In this document: positions 8,664 through 20,300 of the stretch, piece after piece
How positions within the stretch are numbered: the stretch's first letter is position 1
How the letters are laid out: the number at the start of each line of letters is the position of its first letter
NCBI GenBank assembly: GCA_963719515.1
Contig: CAVRCJ010000006.1
Coordinates: forward strand, 435,866-499,865
Direction: 5' to 3'
DNA: 64,000 bases
From: an uncultured cyanobacterium
GTDB taxonomy: Bacteria > Cyanobacteriota > Cyanobacteriia > CAKZMO01
Notes under the pieces: generated by a model
What the model was told of the DNA's origin: nothing
What the model saw: only the letters and a program-made list of their open reading frames with translations
Database searches by the model: none
Program-made: the position numbers and the translations under genes

Positions 8664-11600
8664 ATGAATAGCTTCCAAGATGCGTTTATCTCCTACGGAC
8701 GCAAGGACAGCAAGGCGTTTGTCGCTCGCCTAAATCAGCGGCTGTTGGCGGCGGGGTTAGAGATTTGGTTTGATTTTGACGACATTCCCCTGGGTGTGGA
8801 CTTTCAAAATCAAATCGATGACGGCATTGAAAAATCCCACAACTTTTTGTTTGTCATCTCTCCTCACGCCGTCAACTCTCCCTACTGCCGCAAGGAAATT
8901 GAGCTAGCGCTTCGCCACCGTAAGCGGGTTATCCCGCTACTGCACGTGGAAGAAGTAGACCGGGCAACCTGGGCAGCGCGATCGCCAGACGGTACCAATG
9001 AAGATTGGGACACCTATTGCGCTCAGGGACTGCAGTCTAGCTTTGTCAACATGCACTCCGACATCGCTAAGATCAACTGGGTCTATTTTCGCGAGGGGCA
9101 AGACGACTTTGAGGCTGCGTTTGCAGGGCTGTTGGATATCATCGGCCGCCAGCAGGATTACGTGCATCAGCATACCTATCTGCTCAAGGATGCTCTCACC
9201 TGGGAGCGGCAGCAGCGGCAGCCTACCTACCTGCTGGGCAAAGACGCCGGGCGTGCCCACCAGTGGCTGACGAAGACGTTTGACGAGCAGCCCCCCTGCT
9301 TCGCTACTGATCTGCAGGCGGAGTTCATTACCGAAAGCCTAAAGCGGGTCAACGGGGGGATGACCCAGGTGTTTTTGTCCTACAGCGAGGAGAACCGGCT
9401 GCAGCGGGAAGTAATTCACCGTATTCTCCAGCGTCAGGGCTTCACGGTTTGGGTCAACACCACCGATATTCAGAGCGGTACGGATTTTGAGCAGGCGATT
9501 CGAGAAGGCGTAGAGCGGGCTGACACCGTCGTTTATTTGCTCTCCCCCAATGCTTTGGCCTCCCAATACTGTCAGCAGGAGCTTGGCTTTGCCCAAACCT
9601 ACAACAAGCGGATTATCCCACTGCTGATTCACCCTGTGGATGGGGTGGAGGTGCCCGATGAGCTGCGGGTCATTCAGTTTATCGACTTTCAAATGATTTC
9701 TGGGACTGATGAGGCAGAAGGCAGGGTCGAGGACGAGGCGGCGCAGGGGGCCATCGCCAAGCTGATTCAGGTGCTGCGGCAAGACGAAGACTATTATGAC
9801 TGCCACAAGCGCACCCTAGTCAAGGCGTTGCACTGGGAGCGCAACCGACGCCGCAAGAAGCACCTGCTGCGGGGGAGCGCGTTTGCCGAGGCGGAAACCT
9901 GGCTGACGGCCAGTCGGCACCAGACGCTCCCGCCCACTCGTCTGCAGGAAGCGTTTATCCAGGCTAGCCAGGACATCAACCGCTACTTTGACGCCTTTAT
10001 CTCCTATGGACGCGCCGATAGTCTTCAGTTTGCGGTTCAAGTGCAAGAGCAGCTGAGCCAGCAGGGGCTAAGCGTCTGGCTCGATAAAAGCGACATTCCG
10101 GTGGGGGTCGACTATCAGGCTCAGATCAACGACGGCATCAGCAAGTCCCACAATTTCATTTTCATCATCTCCCCCCATGCGGTCCACTCCCCCTACTGCC
10201 TCAAGGAAATTGAGTTTGCCCTGAAGTTCAACAAGCGCATCGTGCCCCTGATGCACGTTGAAACCATTAGCTACGAGACCTGGCGGCAGCGCAACCCTGA
10301 GGGCACTTCGGCCCAGTGGAAAGATTACCAAGCGGCGGGGCGGCATACCGCACAGGGAAGCGTCCACTCCGAAATCAGCAAAATCAACTGGCTCTTTTTC
10401 CGTGAGGGGGTAGACGAGCCCGAAGCCGCGATCGCCAGCCTCATCGAGCTGCTGCGGCAGCATGAGCCGGTGGTTCATCTGCACACTGAGCTATTGCTCA
10501 AGGCGTTAGCCTGGGATACTCACCAGCGGCAGGCTCAGTATCTGCTCACCGGAGACGATCGGCGGGAGGCGGAAGCCTGGCTGACGGCAGACTTTGCGGA
10601 GGAGCAGCCTCCCTACCGACCCACCGACCTGCAGGCGGCGTTCATCACTGAAAGCATTAAAAGCGTTGACGGGACGACGCAGGTGTTTTTGTGCGCGGCG
10701 GACGAGTATGGGAATGAGGAGCCTTCAGCCTCAGAGGCACCGGCGGCGGACACTCCTATACTCCAGTCAGCTCAGATTCGGCGAGCCCTGCAGCGCTCGG
10801 GCATTCCCGTCTGGAATCCCCAAACAGATGTGCAGGCCGGGGAGAATTTACAGCGGGCGATCGCTCGCGGGGTTGAGGAGACCGACAGCGTTGTGTTTGT
10901 GATATCGCCTCAAGCGCTGGTAGAAACGGTGTGTCTTGAGATTTTAAACCAGGCATTTCAGCTCAACAAGCGCATCATTCCGGTGCAGCTGCAGGCCTTG
11001 GATAATCTGAAGCTGCCCTCGGTGCTCAAGTCGCTGCGGCCCATCGGGCTAGAGCGCGATGGCGGCGGGCTGACGGAACTGAGCGTCCAGCAGCTCGTGG
11101 GAGCTCTGCGTCAAGATGCGGTGTACTACCGCACCCACAAGCTGCTGCTGCGCAAAGCCCTCAAGTGGGAGCGGCAAAAATATAACCCCAGTATCTTACT
11201 GCGGGGCAAAGCGCTGCGGCGCTATGTCACCTGGCTCGACGTGGCGCAGCGCCGTGAGCATTCTCCCATTCCCATTCAGCAGCGCTTTGTCCGCGAAAGC
11301 CTGGACCAGCCCCCTAACCAGACCGTGGACGTGTTTATTGCCTCAGCTCCAGAGGACATCGAGTTTGCCCGCAGACTGAACCAAACCCTCCAGGTTCAAA
11401 GTAAGACCACTTGGTTTGAGCAAGAGCACCAGGCCACCGAGGTCGACGCCCAAGGCGATGTTCGGCAGGCGATAGAAAACGCCGAAAACGTGGTGGTAGT
11501 GGTGTCTCCTAACTCGGTGGGCTCTGCCGCTGGCCTCAAAGAGCTAGAGCATGCAGAAGCCCTCAACAAGCGCGTTATTCCAGTGCTCTATCAAGAGGTG

Positions 11601-13175
11601 CTGATTTCGAAGCTGCCCCCCGTCTTAGAGAAGCGCTCGGCCATCGACTTCCGCGCCAACAGCGGCGACTTTTTGACCAACTTTGGCGAGCTCTACCGGG
11701 CCATTGAGAGCGAGCCCCAGCATATGTATCAGCACACGCGGCTGCTAGTGAAGGCGAAGGAGTGGCACGACGCAGGGCGAGACGACAGCTACCTGCTGCT
11801 GGGACGCGATCGCGATGAGGCGGTGGACTGGCTGGCGGCGGCTGACGCTAAGACCCCCTCGCCTACAGATCTGCACCGAGGCTACGTTAAGGCGAGTCAG
11901 CAGCTGCCGTTTCGCCGTATCAGGCGGCGCTTTGCGGTGCTCACCAGTCTGGCGGCGACCGTCTTGGTGGGCGGGCTGAGGTTGGTGGGCGGCCTGCAGG
12001 CGGCGGAGCTGCAGGCGTTCGATCACCTGCTGACGCTGCGGCCCAGTGAGCCCCAGGACGATCGCTTTTTGACGGTGACGGTGGATCAGTCGAGTGGCTC
12101 CTGGCTGCGGGAGCGCTTGATTGACGGCGACTACGAGCCGGGATTGGGCACGGTGCCCGACCAGGCGCTGGCGGAGGCGATCGCCTATCTCAACGAGCAG
12201 GGGGCGCGGCTGATTGGCATTGACTTCTACCGCGACTTTCCAGCAGAACCAGCGCTCGCCCAGCAGCTTCGGCAGCTCGACAACGTGATGGGCATCTGCA
12301 AAGCGAGCGACGACTTTAGCGAAGGATTTATGGCACCTAGCGACGTGCCTGTTGAGCGGGTTGGCTTCAACGACTATCTCAGCGATGGCGGTAGCGTAAC
12401 TCGTCGCCACTATCTTAAGCAGGACAATGATCCTGAGTTCTGTGACACGGAAGACAGCTTTAGCCTAGTCTTAGCGCGGCGCTACTTGGCTCAGGAGGGC
12501 GTTGACTACGTCGATCCTTGGGACGAGGAGACTTGGCCCCCTGCCCTGAAGTTTGGGGAGACCACCATACCTGAGCTGTATCGCGGCCGCAGTGCGGGGT
12601 ACTCCCTATCTTTGGCCGGTGCCGAGTCAAACAGCTCGGTGAATGGGTTGGGGGGCTACCAAACGATGCTCAACTTCAGAGCCCACAACGGGGATGCAAC
12701 CCAGTTTGCGCCGGTCATCAGCTTAAAAGACGTGCTCACCCGTAGCGCTCCTCGCGACCTAATTGAGGGGCGTGTTGTGCTCATTGGCTATGAGGATTTA
12801 TCGGATCGCAACGCAGATGTGTACAACACGGCTTACCAGGAAATGCCTGGCGTTATGCTTCAAGGACAGATGACGAGTCAGCTGATTAGTGCCGCCCTAG
12901 ATAATCGCCCCTTGATCTGGTATTTCAACCTAGAGTACGACCTTCTGTGGATTGGCGCTTGGTCCCTGGTCGGCGGCTTGGTCTTTTGGGGGTTCGTTCG
13001 TCCATCACGGCTGATTCCAGCCAGTGCTGCTGTCTTAGGTCTCCTTTACGGGAGCTGCTATGTCGCCTTAGCTGGGTCAGGTCTCTGGTTACCGCTTGTT
13101 CCAGCCGCGATCGCATACCTTGTGGCAGGTGCGGGCGTGAGTGCCTTGAGCTATCGCGTCCGTCATCCATCGTAG
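8664..13175 (+). CDS. Five tandem TIR domains + TM + CHASE2 sensor domain + 3 TM
   Basis: TIR starts DAFISYGR, QVFLSYSE, DAFISYGR, QVFLCAAD, DVFIASAP; CHASE2 motifs ELQAFDHL, IGIDFYRD, GRVVLIG, MPGVMLQ followed by three TM helices. Confidence 0.88.
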   Translation: MNSFQDAFISYGRKDSKAFVARLNQRLLAAGLEIWFDFDDIPLGVDFQNQIDDGIEKSHNFLFVISPHAVNSPYCRKEIELALRHRKRVIPLLHVEEVDRATWAARSPDGTNEDWDTYCAQGLQSSFVNMHSDIAKINWVYFREGQDDFEAAFAGLLDIIGRQQDYVHQHTYLLKDALTWERQQRQPTYLLGKDAGRAHQWLTKTFDEQPPCFATDLQAEFITESLKRVNGGMTQVFLSYSEENRLQREVIHRILQRQGFTVWVNTTDIQSGTDFEQAIREGVERADTVVYLLSPNALASQYCQQELGFAQTYNKRIIPLLIHPVDGVEVPDELRVIQFIDFQMISGTDEAEGRVEDEAAQGAIAKLIQVLRQDEDYYDCHKRTLVKALHWERNRRRKKHLLRGSAFAEAETWLTASRHQTLPPTRLQEAFIQASQDINRYFDAFISYGRADSLQFAVQVQEQLSQQGLSVWLDKSDIPVGVDYQAQINDGISKSHNFIFIISPHAVHSPYCLKEIEFALKFNKRIVPLMHVETISYETWRQRNPEGTSAQWKDYQAAGRHTAQGSVHSEISKINWLFFREGVDEPEAAIASLIELLRQHEPVVHLHTELLLKALAWDTHQRQAQYLLTGDDRREAEAWLTADFAEEQPPYRPTDLQAAFITESIKSVDGTTQVFLCAADEYGNEEPSASEAPAADTPILQSAQIRRALQRSGIPVWNPQTDVQAGENLQRAIARGVEETDSVVFVISPQALVETVCLEILNQAFQLNKRIIPVQLQALDNLKLPSVLKSLRPIGLERDGGGLTELSVQQLVGALRQDAVYYRTHKLLLRKALKWERQKYNPSILLRGKALRRYVTWLDVAQRREHSPIPIQQRFVRESLDQPPNQTVDVFIASAPEDIEFARRLNQTLQVQSKTTWFEQEHQATEVDAQGDVRQAIENAENVVVVVSPNSVGSAAGLKELEHAEALNKRVIPVLYQEVLISKLPPVLEKRSAIDFRANSGDFLTNFGELYRAIESEPQHMYQHTRLLVKAKEWHDAGRDDSYLLLGRDRDEAVDWLAAADAKTPSPTDLHRGYVKASQQLPFRRIRRRFAVLTSLAATVLVGGLRLVGGLQAAELQAFDHLLTLRPSEPQDDRFLTVTVDQSSGSWLRERLIDGDYEPGLGTVPDQALAEAIAYLNEQGARLIGIDFYRDFPAEPALAQQLRQLDNVMGICKASDDFSEGFMAPSDVPVERVGFNDYLSDGGSVTRRHYLKQDNDPEFCDTEDSFSLVLARRYLAQEGVDYVDPWDEETWPPALKFGETTIPELYRGRSAGYSLSLAGAESNSSVNGLGGYQTMLNFRAHNGDATQFAPVISLKDVLTRSAPRDLIEGRVVLIGYEDLSDRNADVYNTAYQEMPGVMLQGQMTSQLISAALDNRPLIWYFNLEYDLLWIGAWSLVGGLVFWGFVRPSRLIPASAAVLGLLYGSCYVALAGSGLWLPLVPAAIAYLVAGAGVSALSYRVRHPS

Positions 13176-13265
13176 TGTGATCGCCGCGTACTGAACTGCT
13201 GTCATCTTTGCCTTGGCGAAGACCCAGGCCCTTCCCCCTATAACACCGTCCCACCCCTAGTTTCC

Positions 13266-14225
13266 ATGCCGCAAGCTCTCCGCAAGCTCATACACCGTAC
13301 CCTCGCGATCGCTCTCATCGCCTGGGTACTGGTGCCTCTACAGATTCCAGAAGCTTCTGCCGGTCTATTTGGTTCACCTGGGCGCGGCCCCAGCAGCGCC
13401 TCTGGCCGCAGACGCGGGGGGGGAGTTCGCAGCGGTCGCCTGCTGGGGGGCATCAACCCAGCCATCCCCTACGTGATTTCTCCCCGCCACACCTGGCTAG
13501 AGGACGACACCTTCACCATCGAGTGGAACCCCGTGGCGGAAGCTACCAGCTACACCGTCTCCCTGTGGCGCTGGTCCTACGCCCGCGACGAGCGAGACGC
13601 GCTGATTTGGCAGACCACCACCACCGAGGCCCAGGTGCCCTATGCCGGCAGCCCAGCGCTAGAGCAAGGTCGACATTACTCCATTGAGGTGGTGACCGAC
13701 GGCGGGATTTCGTCTACCGCCGACGCCGGTGACGCCAGGGCCGGGTTCCAGCTGCTGTTTGCCGAAGATCTGAACCTATTGGAGCGCGATCGCCTGCGCA
13801 TTGAGCGGCAAGACCTGTCGCCCACGGAAACGGCGTTTACCCTAGCTGCGCTGTACGCTGAAGACCATCTGTATGACGAAGCTATCGATATCCTGACGCC
13901 CCTTACCGAGGCCGGGACGCGCGACCCCTGGATCCATAAGGCCCTGGGCGACGTACAAAGTTATATCGGGTTGAATCAGCGCGCTCTAGATCACTACCGG
14001 CAGGCCCATCAGCTTGCCGTCGCCGCTAACGACAGAGAGACGCAGGCAATTATCCTAACCAGCTTGGGCGCAGTCAGCGCGACCTCAAACCGGCTAGATG
14101 AGGCTATCGAGTTCTTCGAGGCGGCTCAGCAGCTCTACCGCCTGCAGTCGGTAGACGACAGGGTTGCCCGGCTGCAGCGTCGTATCGACCTGCTTGAAGC
14201 GGCTCGCCAAGCATCAAAATTTTAA
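13266..14225 (+). CDS. Secreted DUF928-like / TPR protein
   Basis: Signal-peptide-like N-terminus, GRRRGGGVR motif, beta-rich segment, LAALYAEDHLYDEAI, C-terminal TPRs; lies next to the CHASE2 and CHAT genes. Confidence 0.65.
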   Translation: MPQALRKLIHRTLAIALIAWVLVPLQIPEASAGLFGSPGRGPSSASGRRRGGGVRSGRLLGGINPAIPYVISPRHTWLEDDTFTIEWNPVAEATSYTVSLWRWSYARDERDALIWQTTTTEAQVPYAGSPALEQGRHYSIEVVTDGGISSTADAGDARAGFQLLFAEDLNLLERDRLRIERQDLSPTETAFTLAALYAEDHLYDEAIDILTPLTEAGTRDPWIHKALGDVQSYIGLNQRALDHYRQAHQLAVAANDRETQAIILTSLGAVSATSNRLDEAIEFFEAAQQLYRLQSVDDRVARLQRRIDLLEAARQASKF

Positions 14226-14303
14226 ACTGTTGGCCCACAGCTATTGGTTCACAGCTCTAAGTCGCGGTCTCCAGAGCGCCTACAAACCTACTGCCTTAAC
14301 CCT

Positions 14304-17300
14304 ATGCCTGCCTACTCTCTTACGCTACGGCTCTCCCTACTGACGGCGGCCCTGATGCTGCTGGGCCAAACCTCAGCCGTGGCTCAGTCCGTCGTCGAGG
14401 CTGACGACGACGTTGGCACCGTGGTGAGGCAGCGCGATCGCACCTTCGATATTGACGGCGGCACCCGCTCGGGCGACGGACACAATCTATTCCACAGCTT
14501 CGAGCAGTTTGGCCTGGACGCGGGCGAAATCGCCAACTTTCTCTCTGACCCGGAGACCCGCAACATTTTGGGCCGGGTAATGGGCGGTGAGGCCTCCCTG
14601 ATTGACGGGCTGCTGCGGGTGAGCGGCAGCGACGCCAACCTGTTTTTGACTCAATCCGGCGGGCGTGATTTTTGGCGAGACTGCTCGCCTAGACGTGGGG
14701 GGAGACTTCACGGCGACCACCGCCACCGGCATTGGGTTTGGTGAGGGGTGGTTCCCGGCTGTGGGAGATGGGGACTACAGCGCCCTGGTGGGCGACCCGA
14801 CGGCGTTCGACTTCGCGGTGGCGACTCCCGGATCTATCGTTAACGCTGGCGCGCTGGCGGTGACGCCGGGAGCGTCTCTCACATTGCTCGGAGGGAGCGT
14901 GCTGAACACCGGCACCCTCACCGCGCCGGGAGGCACCTTGACCATTGCGGCGGTGGAGGGCGATCGCCGGGTGCATATTACCCAAGAGGGGATGCTGCTG
15001 GGGCTGGAGCTGGAAACCCAGGATTCTCCTGCTGCTGAAAATGCGCTGCCCTTCACGCCGCTGGCTCTGCCGGAGCTGCTGACTGGAGGCGGGGTCAGCA
15101 GCGCTAGCGCGGTGCAGGTGAGCGACGGGGAGATCAGGCTGAGCGGCTCGGGGCTGACGGTGCCCAGCGGTGCGGGGACGGCAATCGCCTCAGGCACCCT
15201 AGACGCCTCTGATCCAGGGCGCTCTACGGCGGAAATTAATGTGGTGGGCGATCGCGTAGTGGTCGCAGACGCAGCGCTGGACGCCTCCGGCGCAGAGGGG
15301 GGAACGGTGCGCGTCGGGGGAGATTTGGGCGGTGCTGGGACCATTCCCAACGCCAGGGACACTCTGGTGACTGCCGACAGCGCGATTCACGCCGACGCGC
15401 TCGCGGGAGATGGCGGCACCATAGCGGTCTGGTCTGATGAGACGGCGACCGTGGGCGGGGTGCTGACGGCGCGGGGGGGCGCGATCGCCGGTGACGGGGG
15501 CTTCATCGAAACCTCGGCCAGCACCTTGACCCTCAACAGCACGCCGGATGCCAGCGCCCCCAGCGGCAGCGGCGGCACCTGGCTGATTGACCCTACCGAC
15601 ATCGACATTGTGGCGGGAGCGGGGGCGATCGGCAGCAATACGGTAGGGGCTGACACCATCAGCGCTGCTCTGAATACGGGCACTAGCGTCACTATTACCA
15701 CCGAGATTGGCGGCACCGATGCGGGCAACATTACCCAAGCCGCAGACGCGCCGATCGCCAAGACAGAGGGCGGTGACGCGCAGCTGGCCTTTGAGGCTGC
15801 CGGTGACGTTGCCCTACCTGCAGAAATTACGGCGACCAGCGGGGCGCTAGACGTGACGGTTATTGCCGACGCCGATGGCAACGGCAGCGGGGTCGTTAGC
15901 GTTGGCAACGCCGGAGCGGGGGGTATCACTTCCAACGGCGGGGCTATTGCGATTACCGGCAGCAGCAACAACCCAGCCTCTGACTTCGGAAGCGGCGTCC
16001 GCATTCAGGGGCCGGTCTTCTCCGGCGGCGGGGACATCACGATCGCAGCGGCGACGGCGCTGCCTGATGAGACCCCCATCGATTTGCGATCGCCGGTCGA
16101 CGTCGGGACAGGGACGCTGACGCTTCAAGCCGACCTGCTGCCCCCCGCCTTCGAAACGCTTCAGGGCACCGGCACCTTACAGCTGCAGCCCTTCTCCCCG
16201 GCGATCGCCTTTGACCCCACGGGAATCGACCTAACCGCTGTCCCAGACACCTTCAGCAATGTGATCGTCGGCGACCCCAACAGCACCGCGCCAATTCTTA
16301 TCAGCGACGACTTAGCTTTTAGCAGACCGCTAACGCTGCAGACCACAGGCGATATCACCTTCGATGCGGACGGAGCGCTGATCACGATTGACGGTCCCAG
16401 CCTCAGCGCTATTTCGGGCAATACCATTCGCATCAACTCAGATTTAGATGCAACCGACTTAGCTCTGACCGCTACCAACGACATCGTCTTCAATAGCGCG
16501 ATGGTTGCCGCCCAGAATTTGAGTGCGATCGCCGCCAACAACATTGTGATCGCGCCGGGGGTGTCTCTCACCTTTGGGATTCCCGACGAGCTGTCGGCTG
16601 TGCCGCTGCCGGAGGATGCCGCGATTGTGCTGACTGCCAACGCTGATGGCGTGGCGGGGGGGGACGTGACGATGGACAGTACCGAATCGCTTACGATTCC
16701 TGGCGGACGCGACCTCAGCGCTTCTGGAGAAAATGTGGTCCTTGGCACGCTTTCGGTGGGCGACTTTCTGCAGCCGTTTGATGCTGGTGACGTTATCACC
16801 GGCTTCATCGAACGACCGGCGGCAGATGTGACCTTGAGTGCCGCCGCCGACCTTTCGGTCACTCAGCTCGAATCTAGCGCCAATACAGGCGGAGACCGGT
16901 TTGTACCGACCTTGCCTATCCAGGCTATCCAACAGGGGGGGGACGTCTCCCTGTCGTCTGCGGTAGGCGATATCACCGTCGCGGGCAGCATCCGCGTTGA
17001 AGCTGACCCATCGGGCGCTCAGACCGATCTGCAGGGGGGCAGCGTCACTATCAGCGCAGCTCAGGGCGACGTCACCATTGGCGACAACATCAGCACCTTT
17101 GCGCGGGACAATGCTCCTGGCAGGGATGCCGTAGACGTCGACTTAGTTGGTGGTGATATTGATATTGATGCTCCCAATGGCGAGGTAAGGGTGGGCGGAC
17201 AGCTGGCAACCTTTGCCCGCAACACTATGCCAGGAGAGGTCTCTGTGGGAACGGGGGGGAGTGTCAGCATCGTGGCAGACCGCATCCGCATCGACAATGC

Positions 17301-20300
17301 TGCTGAAGATCGTATCGGTGTCTTCGCTATCGAAGCGCCAAGCGTCGACGAGATCATAGATGCCCCCGGCATAGGTGGGGCGATCGCCCTGACGGCCCCG
17401 GGCGGCGTTCAAGTTGCTGGAGACATCATCACCAGCAACGCCCCGATTACGATTGACGGTCCTGCCATCCTCAGCACTCCGGAGGGAGACCGCGTCAGCG
17501 TCACTAACCAAGGTACGACGGGGGCGATCGCCTTTGGCGACACCCTAGATGCGCCGGACGGCCTGCTGGTAGAGTCTGGGGCGGGAGATGTGACCTTCGA
17601 TGGCGCGGTGGGCTCCAGTACCCCGCTGGACAGCCTCAGCATCGAAAGCAGCGGGGCAACCCGGTTTAACGATGATGTCAGCGCCGTCAGCCTCACCACC
17701 GACGGCGGCGGCAGCACGGACATAGGGCTCAACCCCACCCTGAGCCTTGACGCCCTTTCCCTGGGGGATACGCTGCTGGGCAGCGGCAGCCTGACGCTGC
17801 AGACGCTTTCACCTGGGCTGGCGATCGCCCTGGGAACGCCGATAGGGTCGCTACCGGCAGACTTGGTGTTGAGCGCCGCCGCCACGGGGCAGCTGTCGCA
17901 ATTTTCGGGTCTTGCGGTGGGTCGACCCGACGGCAGCAACGATGTTGGGGTTTTTGCCCCGATCACCGTCAATGGCCCCGTGACGCTGACCGGTGGTGAC
18001 ATCACCGTTGACGCTGCTGCCGCCCTAGAGACGTTGAGGGGAGATATCGCCCTTGACGGCGACGGTGTTGACATCGCTGGAACCCTGGCCTCGAATGGTG
18101 GAGATATTGCGGTGAGCGGTGACGCTGGCGACGGAGGCATCGACGTCGCCCTATCGGGGACGATCGCTGCCGGGAGCGGGGATATCGCTCTGACAGGCAG
18201 CCAAATCGACATTGCCCCGGAGGCTACGGTCAGCGGCAGCAGCCTGCTGCTGGTCCAACCCAACGTCGCCGACCTCGACATTGAGCTGGGGGGCACGGCG
18301 GGGTTCCTCAGCCAGAGCGAGCTGGACGCCCTGGCCGCTGGCTTTGGCGAGATTACCATCGGCCAGCCTGACAGCACGGGCAGCGTTACCCTGAGCAGTG
18401 GCGTACGCGTCAGCAGCCCCCTCACGATCGCAGGCGGGTCTATCCTCATTGGCCCTGACCAAGACACAATATTCACGATCACCGATGGCGATGGCGGCCG
18501 CGTTTCCGGACTGGGGTCCCCCGTTCGGTTCGAGAATTTTGAGGCGATCGCGGCGGGCAGCGGTGACGATACGTTCCGCAACGGCAGCGTCTTTGACGGG
18601 GCGCTGGACGGCGGCGCTGGGTTCGACACCTTTGAGGCGGAAGCTGACGGCACTATCGAGCTTACAACCCTCGATCTGGAGAACATTGAGGCCATTCGCG
18701 GCAACAACAGCAGGCTGCTGGGAACCGCCGGGGCTGATGACTTCTCGGTTACTGCGTCAGATACAGTCGAGGTGCAGGGCTTCAGCATCAGCGAGCTGGC
18801 TCAGGTCGACGGCGGCGCGGGCAGCGATCTGTTCCGAGTTCTGACGGCGGCAGCGCTCGACGATTTTATTCGTGGGGGGGCGGGCGACGATGAAATAAGC
18901 TACGCAGGACTCACTGGGTCCCCTCAGCATCGACTTAACCGCCCTCAACCCCGAGGGCATTGAGACCCTTACGGGCAGCGCTGGCGACGATACGATTCAG
19001 CTGGGCAATAGGTTTGACGGCGCGCTGTTTAGCGGCAGGATTGGGGGCGGCCCTGGCGATCTCACCCTGCGGGGCGGGACGCTCAACCTGGCGGAGCTGA
19101 CCCTCAGGGCAGCTGGCGATCTGACTATTGAGGGCAATGGGGCAGTGACGGTCGGGAACCTAATCAACCCCGGAACCGATATCACTATTACCGGTAGCGC
19201 CATCACCACCGGCACCCTCAACACCAGCGCTGCGGAAGCGGAGGGGGGGGCGATCGCCCTTCGGTCAGACTCATTCATCGAGACCGGCACCCTAATCACC
19301 TCGGGGCTGTCGGGCGGTAACCTACGAGTGGAGGCCACCACTGAAATCACCACGGACCGCATCGACACTAGCGGCGCTCTTGACGACGGTGGCGACGGCG
19401 GCGACGTTTTGCTTGACCCCAGCGGCGATATTCAGGTGACGAGCATCAACGCGCAGGGCGGGCCAGCTGGCATCGGGGGGACGATTGACATTACCACCGA
19501 GAGGTTCTTTCGGGCCACCGGCCAGTTTACGGATCAGACCAACACCCGAGCGAGCATCTCGACAGCTGGGGGCGGGGGGGGCGGTCCGATTACAATTCGC
19601 CACGGCGGAGCGGGACTGATTCCTTTTTCCATCGGTGACGGCGGCGGCGATCTTCTCAACGGCACCTCAGCGGCGATCGCCAGCGGGACTGCTGCCCTAT
19701 TGCCGGTTCAGGCCATTGAAGAGAGCCTCACGGTCGGCAATATTCGGATTTTGACCGACGTGTCAGAACGGGCAGACGTGCTAGATCTCGATCCCTGCCC
19801 TCCGAACTGCGGGGACCTAGAGGCAGATCGTCTCGGTCAGTTTCAAGCCTCAGATCTTGAGGCAGACGTCTCCGACAGCATAGACTCGCCCCTCGTCGAG
19901 ACCCTATCTACCAACATCGGCGAGGTCGCAGCCGCTGTCTCACAGCTAGAGGAGCAGTTCACCGCAGAGTTCTCTGAATACTTGCGGTTGGGCCGTCCGG
20001 ATCGGGTCTCGCTCTCTGAGCTGCAGGCCAGTCTACGGCAGGTCCAAGCGCAAGCCGATATCTCTCCCGCCATTCTCTATGTCACCTTTGAGGATAGGGA
20101 AACGAAACAAAGGCACTTCGATTTCGCAATCCGATCGCCGTCTGGAGCTGATTTTGGTGACGGCAGATGGATTGCCCTTGCACCTCCGCGTACCTGAGGT
20201 AACCCAGCGACAGCTGCAGCTCGAAGCGGCGCGGCTCAGGCGGCAGGTGTCTACCCCAAGCCGGGTGGGGACGACCCTCTATGAGGACTCGGCCCAGCAG

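Noticed and set aside
14775..19368. Long antisense ORFs (e.g. 17409-18788, 459 aa)
   Set aside because: Shadow frames of the GC-rich Gly/Ala/Asp FHA coding strand; no motifs
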